From assembly GCA_002189035.1 (NCBI GenBank), contig NEEC01000212.1, positions 1-34,741 on the forward strand: a stretch of 34,741 nucleotides of DNA. Reading direction: 5' to 3'. This document shows positions 10,901-24,300 of the stretch, piece by piece. The stretch's first letter is position 1. Every line of letters begins with the position of its first letter. The notes under the pieces are model-generated. The model had not been told where the DNA came from, made no database searches, and worked only from the letters and a program-made list of their open reading frames with translations. The position numbers were made by a program, and so were the translations under genes. Origin of the DNA: Utricularia gibba. Taxonomy: Eukaryota; Plantae; Magnoliophyta.

Positions 10901-13900
10901 GCCGTGTATCTTGTTTGCATCAATTTCGAGAACGAGAAGCACATTATTAAACGCAGCCACCAAGGAAGGACACGTAAGACACTTTTCGTTGTGGTTTGTT
11001 TTTAATATGTCCACAGTTATCGGACAAACGTAACTCCAATTATACTACTTGGAGCACGAATAGGGCTTCCCAATGGTGTGCTATGAAGAGTTAGCATCTG
11101 CATGTTTTGGAAGAGGTGCTTCGTGGACCAGGATGTGCGACATAGTCATTTCATTGCGCATCACCATTCGGGGTGCAGCCTAAAAATCACACGTGCACTG
11201 GATTGTTAAAATAAACATTTTTGCATACCTGAGTATAATAGTGTTGGGATAAGTGATGCCACGAAATTCATGATGTAACATGTGACTTTTTTCCATCTTG
11301 ATCGCATATCCGATGAAGTTTGACACCATATGTTTTGGCTGTTGATTGATTCAATTAGTTGCCATGATACTTCTGATTCTTGATGCACCATTCCCATACA
11401 CCATGTCTCTAGTGGCTATTTGATTCTTTTGCCGTGTATCTTGTTTGCATCAATTTCGAGAACGAGAAGCACAATATTAAACGCAGCCACCAAGGAAGGA
11501 CACGTAAGACACTTTTCGTTGTGGTTTGTTTTTAATATGTCCACAGTTATCGGACAAACGTAACTCCAAATTATACTACTTGGAGCACGAATAGGGCTTC
11601 CCAATGGTGTGCTATGAAGAGTTAGGATCTGCATGTTTTGGAAGAGGTGCTTCGTGGACCAGGATGTGCGACATAGTCATTTCATTGCGCATCACCATTC
11701 GGGGTGCAGCCTAAAAATCACACGTGCACTGGATTCGTTAAAAGTAAACATTTTTGCGTACCTGAGTATAATAGTGTTGGGATAAGTGATGCCACGAAAT
11801 TCATGATGTAACATGTGACTTTTTTCCATCTTGATCGCATATCCGATGAAGTTTGACACCATATGTTTTGGCTGTTGATTGATGCAATTAGTTGCTATGA
11901 TACTTCTGATTCTTGATGCACCATTCCCTTACACCATGTCTCTAGTGGCTATTTGATTCTTTTGCCGTGTATCTTGTTTGCATCAATTTCGAGAACGAGA
12001 AGCACATTATTAAACGCAGCCACCAAGGAAGGACACGTAAGACACTTTTCGTTGTGGTTTGTTTTTAATATGTCCACAGTTATCGGACAAACGTAACTCC
12101 AATTATACTACTTGGAGCACGAATAGGGCTTCCCAATGGTGTGCTATGAAGAGTTAGCATCTGCATGTTTTGGAAGAGGTGCTTCGTGGACCAGGATGTG
12201 CGACATAGTCATTTCATTGCGCATCACCATTCGGGGTGCAGCCTAAAAATCACACGTGCACTGGATTCGTTAAAAGTAAACATTTTTGCGTACCTGAGTA
12301 TAATAGTGTTGGGATAAGTGATGCCACGAAATTCATGATGTAACATGTGACTTTTTTCCATCTTGATCGCATATCCGATGAAGTTTGACACCATATGTTT
12401 TGGCTGTTGATTGATTCAATTAGTTGCCATGATACTTCTGATTCTTGATGCACCATTCCCTTACACCATGTCTCTAGTGGCTATTTGATTCTTTTGCCGT
12501 GTATCTTGTTTGCATCAATTTCGAGAACGAGAAGCACATTATTAAACGCAGCCACCAAGGAAGGACACGTAAGACACTTTTCGTTGTGGTTTGTTTTAAT
12601 ATGTCCACAGTTATCGGACAAACGTAACTCCAATTATACTACTTGGAGCACGAATAGGGCTTCCCAATGGTGTGCTATGAAGAGTTAGGCTCTGCATGTT
12701 TTGGAAGAGGTGCTTCGTGGACCAGGATGTGCGACATAGTCATTTCATTGCGCATCACCATTCGGGTGCAGCCTAAAAATCACACGTGCACTGGATTTGT
12801 TAAAAATAAATATTTACGCATATCCTGAGTATACAACAGTGTTGGGATAAGTGATGCCACGAAATTCATGATGTAACATGTGACTTTTTTCCATCTTGAT
12901 CGCATATCCGATGAAGTTTGACACCATATGTTTTGGCTGTTGATTGATTCAATTAGTTGCCATGATACTTCTGATTCTTGATGCACCATTCCCATACACC
13001 ATGTCTCTAGTGGCTATTTGATTCTTTTGCCGTGTATCTTGTTTGCATCAATTTCGAGAACGAGAAGCACAATATTAAACGCAGCCACCAAGGAAGGACA
13101 CGTAAGACACTTTTCGTTGTGGTTTGTTTTTAATATGTCCACAGTTATCGGACAAACGTAACTCCAAATTATACTACTTGGAGCACGAATAGGGCTTCCC
13201 AATGGTGTGCTATGAAGAGTTAGCATCTGCATGTTTTGGAAGAGGTGCTTCGTGGACCAGGATGTGCGACATAGTCATTTCATTGCGCATCACCATTCGG
13301 GTGCAGCCTAAAAATCACACGTGCACTGGATTTGTTAAAAATAAATATTTACGCATATCCTGAGTATACAACAGTGTTGGGATAAGTGATGCCACGAAAT
13401 TCATGATGTAACATGTGACTTTTTTCCATCTTGATCGCATATCCGATGAAGTTTGACACCATATGTTTTGGCTGTTGATTGATTGCAATTAGTTGCATGA
13501 TACTTCTGATTCTTGATGCACCATTCCCTTACACCATGTCTCTAGTGGCTATTTGATTCTTTTGCCGTGTATCTTGTTTGCATCAATTTCGAGAACGAGA
13601 AGCACATTATTAAACGCAGCCACCAAGGAAGGACACGTAAGACACTTTTCGTTGTGGTTTGTTTTTAATATGTCCACAGTTATCGGACAAACGTAACTCC
13701 AATTATACTACTTGGAGCACGAATAGGGCTTCCCAATGGTGTGCTATGAAGAGTTAGCTCTGCATGTTTTGGAAGAGGTGCTTCGTGGACCAGGATGTGC
13801 GACATAGTCATTTCATTGCGCATCACCATTCGGGTGCAGCCTAAAAATCACACGTGCACTGGATTTGTTAAAAATAAATATTTACGCATATCCTGAGTAT

Positions 13901-16900
13901 ACAACAGTGTTGGGATAAGTGATGCCACGAAATTCATGATGTAACATGTGACTTTTTTCCATCTTGATCGCATATCCGATGAAGTTTGACACCATATGTT
14001 TTGGCTGTTGATTGATTCAATTAGTTGCCATGATACTTCTGATTCTTGATGCACCATTCCCATACACCATGTCTCTAGTGGCTATTTGATTCTTTTGCCG
14101 TGTATCTTGTTTGCATCAATTTCGAGAACGAGAAGCACAATATTAAACGCAGCCACCAAGGAAGGACACGTAAGACACTTTTCGTTGTGGTTTGTTTTTA
14201 ATATGTCCACAGTTATCGGACAAACGTAACTCCAAATTATACTACTTGGAGCACGAATAGGGCTTCCCAATGGTGTGCTATGAAGAGTTAGCATCTGCAT
14301 GTTTTGGAAGAGGTGCTTCGTGGACCAGGATGTGCGACATAGTCATTTCATTGCGCATCACCATTCGGGGTGCAGCCTAAAAATCACACGTGCACTGGAT
14401 TTGTTAAAAATAAATATTTACGCATATCCTGAGTATACAACAGTGTTGGGATAAGTGATGCCACGAAATTCATGATGTAACATGTGACTTTTTTCCATCT
14501 TGATCGCATATCCGATGAAGTTTGACACCATATGTTTTGGCTGTTGATTGATCAATTAGTTGCATGATACTTCTGATTCTTGATGCACCATTCCCTTACA
14601 CCATGTCTCTAGTGGCTATTTGATTCTTTTGCCGTGTATCTTGTTTGCATCAATTTCGAGAACGAGAAGCACATTATTAAACGCAGCCACCAAGGAAGGA
14701 CACGTAAGACACTTTTCGTTGTGGTTTGTTTTTAATATGTCCACAGTTATCGGACAAACGTAACTCCAAATTATACTACTTGGAGCACGAATAGGGCTTC
14801 CCAATGGTGTGCTATGAAGAGTTAGGCATCTGCATGTTTTGGAAGAGGTGCTTCGTGGACCAGGATGTGCGACATAGTCATTTCATTGCGCATCACCATT
14901 CGGGTGCAGCCTAAAAATCACACGTGCACCGGATTTGTTAAAAATAAATATTTACGCATATCCTGAGTATACAACAGTGTTGGGATAAGTGATGCCACGA
15001 AATTCATGATGTAACATGTGACTTTTTTCCATCTTGATCGCATATCCGATGAAGTTTGACACCATATGTTTTGGCTGTTGATTGATTCAATTAGTTGCTA
15101 TGATACTTCTGATTCTTGATGCACCATTCCCTTACACCATGTCTCTAGTGGCTATTTGATTCTTTTGCCGTGTATCTTGTTTGCATCAATTTCGAGAACG
15201 AGAAGCACATTATTAAACGCAGCCACCAAGGAAGGACACGTAAGACACTTTTCGTTGTGGTTTGTTTTTAATATGTCCACAGTTATCGGACAAACGTAAC
15301 TCCAATTATACTACTTGGAGCACGAATAGGGCTTCCCAATGGTGTGCTATGAAGAGTTAGGCTCTGCATGTTTTGGAAGAGGTGCTTCGTGGACCAGGAT
15401 GTGCGACATAGTCATTTCATTGCGCATCACCATTCGGGTGCAGCCTAAAAATCACACGTGCACTGGATTTGTTAAAAATAAATATTTACGCATATCCTGA
15501 GTATACAACAGTGTTGGGATAAGTGATGCCACGAAATTCATGATGTAACATGTGACTTTTTTCCATCTTGATCGCATATCCGATGAAGTTTGACACCATA
15601 TGTTTTGGCTGTTGATTGATTCAATTAGTTGCCATGATACTTCTGATTCTTGATGCACCATTCCCATACACCATGTCTCTAGTGGCTATTTGATTCTTTT
15701 GCCGTGTATCTTGTTTGCATCAATTTCGAGAACGAGAAGCACAATATTAAACGCAGCCACCAAGGAAGGACACGTAAGACACTTTTCGTTGTGGTTTGTT
15801 TTTAATATGTCCACAGTTATCGGACAAACGTAACTCCAAATTATACTACTTGGAGCACGAATAGGGCTTCCCAATGGTGTGCTATGAAGAGTTAGGCTCT
15901 GCATGTTTTGGAAGAGGTGCTTCGTGGACCAGGATGTGCGACATAGTCATTTCATTGCGCATCACCATTCGGGTGCAGCCGAAAAATCACACGTGCACCG
16001 GATTTGTTAAAAATAAATATTTACGCATATCCTGAGTATACAACAGTGTTGGGATAAGTGATGCCACGAAATTCATGATGTAACATGTGACTTTTTTCCA
16101 TCTTGATCGCATATCCGATGAAGTTTGACACCATATGTTTTGGCTGTTGATTGATTCAATTAGTTGCTATGATACTTCTGATTCTTGATGCACCATTCCC
16201 TTACACCATGTCTCTAGTGGCTATTTGATTCTTTTGCCGTGTATCTTGTTTGCATCAATTTCGAGAACGAGAAGCACATTATTAAACGCAGCCACCAAGG
16301 AAGGACACGTAAGACACTTTTCGTTGGTTTGTTTTTAATATGTCCACAGTTATCGGACAAACGTAACTCCATATTATACTACTTGGAGCACGAATAGGGC
16401 TTCCCAATGGTGTGCTATGAAGAGTTAGGCTCTGCATGTTTTGAAGAGGTGCTTCGTGGACCAGGATGTGCGACATAGTCATTTCATTGCGCATCACCAT
16501 TCGGGTGCAGCCGAAAAATCACACGTGCACTGGATTTGTTAAAAATAAATATTTACGCATATCCTGAGTATACAACAGTGTTGGGATAAGTGATGCCACG
16601 AAATTCATGATGTAACATGTGACTTTTTTCCATCTTGATCGCATATCCGATGAAGTTTGACACCATATGTTTTGGCTGTTGATTGATTCAATTAGTTGCC
16701 ATGATACTTCTGATTCTTGATGCACCATTCCCATACACCATGTCTCTAGTGGCTATTTGATTCTTTTGCCGTGTATCTTTGCATCAATTTCGAGAACGAG
16801 AAGCACATTATTAAACGCAGCCACCAAGGAAGGACACGTAAGACACTTTTCGTTGTGGTTTGTTTTTAATATGTCCACAGTTATCGGACAAACGTAACTC

Positions 16901-18094
16901 CAAATTATACTACTTGGAGCACGAATAGGGCTTCCCAATGGTGTGCTATGAAGAGTTAGGCTCTGCATGTTTTGGAAGAGGTGCTTCGTGGACCAGGATG
17001 TGCGACATAGTCATTTCATTGCGCATCACCATTCGGGGTGCAGCCTAAAAATCACACGTGCACTGGATTTGTTAAAAATAAATATTTACGCATATCCTGA
17101 GTATACAACAGTGTTGGGATAAGTGATGCCACGAAATTCATGATGTAACATGTGACTTTTTTCCATCTTGATCGCATATCCGATGAAGTTTGACACCATA
17201 TGTTTTGGCTGTTGATTGATGCAATTAGTTGCCATGATACTTCTGATTCTTGATGCACCATTCCCTTACACCATGTCTCTAGTGGCTATTTGATTCTTTT
17301 GCCGTGTATCTTGTTTGCATCAATTTCGAGAACGAGAAGCACATTATTAAACGCAGCCACCAAGGAAGGACACGTAAGACACTTTTCGTTGTGGTTTGTT
17401 TTAATATGTCCACAGTTATCGGACAAACGTAACTCCATATTATACTACTTGGAGCACGAATAGGGCTTCCCAATGGTGTGCTATGAAGAGTTAGGCTCTG
17501 CATGTTTTGGAAGAGGTGCTTCGTGGACCAGGATGTGCGACATAGTCATTTCATTGCGCATCACCATTCCGGGTGCAGCCTAAAAATCACACGTGCACTG
17601 GATTTGTTAAAAATAAATATTTACGCATATCCTGAGTATACAACAGTGTTGGGATAAGTGATGCCACGAAATTCATGATGTAACATGTGACTTTTTTCCA
17701 TCTTGATCGCATATCCGATGAAGTTTGACACCATATGTTTTGGCTGTTGATTGATTCAATTAGTTGCCATGATACTTCTGATTCTTGATGCACCATTCCC
17801 ATACACCATGTCTCTAGTGGCTATTTGATTCTTTTGCCGTGTATCTTGTTTGCATCAATTTCGAGAACGAGAAGCACAATATTAAACGCAGCCACCAAGG
17901 AAGGACACGTAAGACACTTTTCGTTGTGGTTGTTTTTAATATGTCCACAGTTATCGGAAAACGTAACTCCATTATACTACTTGGAGCACGAATAGGGCTT
18001 CCCAATGGTGTGCTATGAAGAGTAGGCTCTGCATGTTTTGGAAGAGGTGCTTCGTGGACCAGGATGTGCGACATAGTCATTTCATTGCGCATCA
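7960..18094. repeat. Dimeric A/B alternation domain with phase slips
   Basis: CCCATAC (A) and CCCTTAC (B) alternate copy by copy, co-varying with TTGCCATG vs TTGC(T)ATG and CAC(A)ATATTA vs CACATTATTA. MGMVHQ ORF ends at 9269/10334/11397, 12995/14063 and 15667/16734/17802 are ~1.065 kb apart. Confidence 0.75.
12758..13292. repeat. Representative clean monomer (535 bp)
   Basis: Distance between consecutive CCATTCGG landmarks at 12758 and 13293. Each monomer has single CACGTG/GTGCAC, CATATG and TGCGCA sites, and I counted 18 CG dinucleotides in the copy at ~5300-5832. Confidence 0.95.
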
Positions 18095-18399
18095 CCATTC
18101 GGGTGCAGCCGAAAAATCACACGTGCACCGGATTTGTTAAAAATAAATATTTACGCATATCCTGAGTATACAACAGTGTTGGGATAAGTGATGCCACGAA
18201 ATTCATGATGTAACATGTGACTTTTTTCCATCTTGATCGCATATCCGATGAAGTTTGACACCATATGTTTTGGCTGTTGATTGATTCAATTAGTTGCATG
18301 ATACTTCTGATTCTTGATGCACCATTCCCATACACCATGTCTCTAGTGGCTATTTGATTCTTTTGCCGTGTATCTTGTTTGCATCAATTTCGAGAACGA

Positions 18400-21300
18400 G
18401 AAGCACAATTATTAAACGCAGCCACCAAGGAAGGACACGGAAGACACTTTTCGTTGTGGTTGTTTTTAATATGTCCACAGTTATCGGACAAACGTAACTC
18501 CATAAATTACTTGAGCACGAATAAAGCTTCCCAATGGTGTGCTATGAAGAGTAAGGCTCTGCATGTTTTGAAGAGGTGCTTCGTGGACCAGGATGTGCGA
18601 CATAGTCATTTCATTGCGCATCACCATTCGGGTGCAGCCGAAAAATCACACGTGCACCGGATTTGTTAAAAATAAATATTTACGCATATCCTGAGTATAC
18701 AACAGTGTTGGGATAAGTGATGCCACGAAATTCATGATGTAACATGTGACTTTTTTCCATCTTGATCGCATATCCGATGAAGTTTGACACCATATGTTTT
18801 GGCTGTTGATTGATTCAATTAGTTGCTATGATACTTCTGATTCTTGATGCACCATTCCCTTACACCATGTCTCTAGTGGCTATTTGATTCTTTTGCCGTG
18901 TATCCCATTTGCATCAATTCGAGAACGAGAAGCACATTATTAAACGCAGCCACCAAGGAAGGACACGTAAGACACTTTTCGTTGTGGTTGTTTTTAATAT
19001 GTCCACAGTTATCGGAAAAACGTAACTCCATATGATATTACTTGGAGCACGAATAAAGCTTCCCAATGGTGTGCTATGAAGAGTAAGGCTCTACATGTTT
19101 TGAAGAGGTGCTTCGTGGACCAGGATGTGCGACATAGTCATTTCATTGCGCATCACCATTCGGGTGCAGCCGAAAAATCACACGTGCACCGGATTTGTTA
19201 AAAATAAATATTTACGCATATCCTGAGTATACAACAGTGTTGGGATAAGTGATGCCACGAAATTCATGATGTAACATGTGACTTTTTTCCATCTTGATCG
19301 CATATCCGATGAAGTTTGACACCATATGTTTTGGCTGTTGATTGATCAATTAGTTGCATGATACTTCTGATTCTTGATGCACCATTCCCTACACCATGTC
19401 TCTAGTGGCTATTTGATTCTTTTGCCGTGTATCCCATTTGCATCAATTTCGAGAACGAGAAGCACATTATTAAACGCAGCCACCAAGGAAGGACACGTAA
19501 GACACTTTTCGTTGTGGTTTGTTTTTAATATGTCCACAGTTATGGGACAAACGTAACTCCAAATTATACTACTTGGAGCACGAATAGGGCTTCCCAATGG
19601 TGTGCTATGAAGAGTTAGCATCTGCATGTTTGGAAGAGGTGCTTCGTGGACCAGGATGTGCGACATAGTCATTTCATTGCGCATCACCATTCGGGGTGCA
19701 GCCGAAAAATCACACGTGCACCGGATTTGTTAAAAAAAATATTTACGCATATCCTGAGTATACAACAGTGTTGGGATAAGTGATGCCACGAAATTCATGA
19801 TGTAACATGTGACTTTTTCCATCTTGATCGCATATCCGATGAAGTTTGACACCATATGTTTTGGCTGTTGATTGATGCAATTAGTTGCCATGATACTTCT
19901 GATTCTTGATGCACCATTCCCATACACCATGTCTCTAGTGGCTATTTGATTCTTTTGCCGTGTATCTTGTTTGCATCAATTTCGAGAACGAGAAGCACAT
20001 TATTAAACGCAGCCACCAAGGAAGGACACGTAAGACACTTTTCGTTGTGGTTTGTTTTAATATGTCCACAGTTATCGGACAAACGTAACTCCATATTATA
20101 CTACTTGGAGCACGAATAGGGCTTCCCAATGGTGTGCTAGGAAGAGTTAGGCTCTGCATGTTTTGGAAGAGGTGCTTCGTGGACCAGGATGTGCGACATA
20201 GTCATTTCATTGCGCATCACCATTCCGGGTGCAGCCTAAAAATCACACGTGCACTGGATTTGTTAAAAATAAATATTTACGCATATCCTGAGTATACAAC
20301 AGTGTTGGGATAAGTGATGCCGAAATTCATGATGTAACATGTGACTTTTTTCCATCTTGATCGCATATCCGATGAAGTTTGACACCATATGTTTTGGCTG
20401 TGATTGATTCAATTAGTTGCCATGATACTTCTGATTCTTGATGCACCCATTCCCATACACCATGTCTCTAGTGGCTATTTGATTCTTTTGCCGTGTATCT
20501 TGTTTGCATCAATTTCGAGAACGAGAAGCACAATATTAAACGCAGCCACCAAGGAAGGACACGGAAGACACTTTTCGTTGAGGTTGTTTTTATATGTCCA
20601 CAGTTATCGGAAAAAACGTAACTCCATATGATATTACTTGGAGCACGAATAAAGCTTCCCAATGGTGTGCTATGAAGAGTAGGCTCTACATGTTTTGAAG
20701 AGGTGCTTCGTGGACCAGGATGTGCGACATAGTCATTTCATTGCGCATCACCATTCGGGCAGCCGAAAAATCACACGTGCACCGGATTTGTTAAAATAAA
20801 TATTTACGCATATCCTGAGTATACAACAGTGTTGGGATAAGTGATGCCACGAAATTCATGATGTAACATGTGACTTTTTTCCATTGATCGCATATCCGAT
20901 GAAGTTTGACACCATATGTTTTGGCTGTTGATTGATTCAATTAGTTGCTATGATACTTCTGATTCTTGATGCACCATTCCCATACACCATGTCTCTAGTG
21001 GCTATTTGATTCTTTTGCCGTGTATCTTGTTTGCATCAATTTCGAGAACGAGAAGCACATATTAAACGCAGCCACCAAGGAAGGACACGTAAGACACTTT
21101 TCGTTGTGGTTTGTTTTTAATATGTCCACAGTTATGGGACAAACGTAACTCCAAATTATACTACTTGGAGCACGAATAGGGCTTCCCAATGGTGTGCTAT
21201 GAAGAGTTAGGCTCTGCATGTTTGGAAGAGGTGCTTCGTGGACCAGGATGTGCGACATAGTCATTTCATTGCGCATCACCATTCGGGTGCAGCCTAAAAA

Positions 21301-24300
21301 TCACACGTGCACCGGATTTGTTAAAAATAAATATTTACGCATATCCTGAGTATACAAGTGTTGGGATAGTGATGCCACGAAATTCATGATGTAACATGTG
21401 ACTTTTTTCCATCTTGATCGCATATCCGATGAAGTTTGACACCATATGTTTTGGCTGTTGATTGATTCAATTAGTTGCTATGATACTTCTGATTCTTGAT
21501 GCACCATTCCATACACCATGTCTCTAGTGGCTATTTGATTCTTTTGCCGTGTATCTTTTTGCATCAATTTCGAGAACGAGAAGCACATTATTAAACGCAG
21601 CCACCAAGGAAGGACACGTAAGACACTTTTCGTTGTGGTTTGTTTTAATATGTCCACAGTTATCGGACAAACGTAACTCCAATTATACTACTTGGAGCAC
21701 GAATCTTCCCAATGGTGTGCTATGAAGAGTTAGGCTGCATGTTTTGGAAGAGGTGCTTCGTGGACCAGGATGTGCGACATAGTCATTTCATTGCGCATCA
21801 CCATTCGGGTGCAGCCGAAAAATCACACGTGCACCGGATTTGTTAAAAATAAATATTTACGCATATCCTGAGTATACAACAGTGTTGGGATAAGTGATGC
21901 CACGAAATTCATGATGTAACATGTGACTTTTTTCCATCTTGATCGCATATCCGATGAAGTTTGACACCATATGTTTTGGCTGTTGATTGATTCAATTAGT
22001 TGCATGATACTTCTGATTCTTGATGCACCATTCCCATACACATGTCTCTAGTGGCTATTTGATTCTTTTGCCGTGTATCCATCAATTTCGAGAACGAGAA
22101 GCACATATTAAACGCAGCCACCAAGGAAGGACACGTAAGACACTTTTCGTTGTGGTTTGTTTTTAATATGTCCACAGTTATCGGAAAACGTAACTCCACT
22201 TGGAGCACGAATAGGGCTTCCCAATGGTGTGCTATGAAGAGTTAGGCTCTGCATGTTTTGAAGAGGTGCTTCGTGGACAGGATGTGCGACATAGTCATTT
22301 CATTGCGCATCACCATTCGGGTGCAGCCGAAAAATCACACGTGCACCGGATTGTTAAAATAAATATTTACGCATACCTGAGTATAAACAGTGTTGGGATA
22401 AGTGATGCCACGAAATTCATGATGTAACATGTGACTTTTTTCCATCTTGATCGCATATCCGATGAAGTTTGACACCATATGTTTTGGCTGTTGATTGATT
22501 CAATTAGTTGCTATGATACTTCTGATTCTTGATGCACCATTCCCATACACCATGTCTCTAGTGGCTATTTGATTCTTTTGCCGTGTATCTTTTTGCATCA
22601 ATTTCGAGAACGAGAAGCACATATTAAACGCAGCCACCAAGGAAGGACACGTAAGACACTTTTCGTTGTGGTTTGTTTTTAATATGTCCACAGTTATCGG
22701 AAAAACGTAACTCCAATTATTACTTGGAGCACGAATAGGCTTCCCAATGGTGTGCTATGAAGAGTTAGGCTCTACATGTTTTGAAGAGGTGCTTCGTGGA
22801 CCAGGATGTGCGACATAGTCATTTCATTGCGCATCACCATTCGGGTGCAGCCGAAAAATCACACGTGCACTGGATTTGTTAAAAATAAATATTTGCATAT
22901 CCTGAGTATACAACAGTGTTGGGATAAGTGATGCCACGAAATTCATGATGTAACATGTGACTTTTTTCCATCTTGATCGCATATCCGATGAAGTTTGACA
23001 CCATATGTTTTGGCTGTTGATTGATTCAATTAGTTGCTTGATACTTCTGATTCTTGATGCACCATTCCCATACACCATGTCTCTAGTGGCTATTTGATTC
23101 TTTTGCCGTGTATCTTTGCATCAATTTCGAGAACGAGAAGCACATTATTAAACGCAGCCAAGGAAGGACACGTAAGACACTTTTCGTTGTGGTTTGTTTT
23201 TAATATGTCCACAGTTATCGGAAAAACGTAACTCCAAATATTACTTGGAGCACGAATACTTCCCAATGGTGTGCTATGAAGAGTTAGGCTCTGCATGTTT
23301 TGAAGAGGTGCTTCGTGGACCAGGATGTGCGACATAGTCATTTCATTGCGCATCACCATTCGGGTGCAGCCGAAAAATCACACGTGCACCGGATTTGTTA
23401 AAAATAAATATTTACGCATATCCTGAGTATACAACAGTGTTGGGATAAGTGATGCCACGAAATTCATGATGTAACATGTGACTTTTTTCCATCTTGATCG
23501 CATATCCGATGAAGTTTGACACCATATGTTTTGGCTGTTGATTGATTCAATTAGTTATGATACTTCTGATTCTTGATGCACCATTCCCATACACCATGTC
23601 TCTAGTGGCTATTTGATTCTTTTGCCGTGTATCCCATTTGCATCAATTTCGAGAACGAGAAGCACATTATTAAACGCAGCCACCAAGGAAGGACACGTAA
23701 GACACTTTTCGTTGTGGTTTGTTTTTAATATGTCCACAGTTATGGGACAAACGTAACTCCAAATTATACTACTTGGAGCACGAATAGGGCTTCCCAATGG
23801 TGTGCTATGAAGAGTTAGCATCTGCATGTTTTGGAAGAGGTGCTTCGTGGACCAGGATGTGCGACATAGTCATTTCATTGCGCATCACCATTCGGGTGCA
23901 GCCGAAAAATCACACGTGCACCGGATTTGTTAAAAATAAATTTACGCATATCCTGAGTATACAACAGTGTTGGGATAAGTGATGCCACGAAATTCATGAT
24001 GTAACATGTGACTTTTTTCCATCTTGATCGCATATCCGATGAAGTTTGACACCATATGTTTTGGCTGTTGATTGATGCAATTAGTTGCTATGATACTTCT
24101 GATTCTTGATGCACCATTCCCATACACCATGTCTCTAGTGGCTATTTGATTCTTTTGCCGTGTATCTTGTTTGCATCAATTTCGAGAACGAGAAGCACAT
24201 ATTAAACGCAGCCACCAAGGAAGGACACGTAAGACACTTTTCGTTGTGGTTTGTTTTAATATGTCCACAGTTATCGGACAAACGTAACTCCAATTATACT

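Noticed and set aside
12758-13292. Internal 3 x 178 bp (nucleosome-sized) sub-repeat
   Set aside because: The length fits arithmetically, but I see no similarity between thirds; CACG-containing motifs are spaced irregularly (about 74, 240, 84 and 136 bp).
12758-13292. 5S rDNA, tRNA, snRNA or telomeric repeat unit
   Set aside because: No recognisable 5S internal control boxes, tRNA cloverleaf/T-loop motif, Sm site context or TTAGGG/TTTAGGG runs were found.
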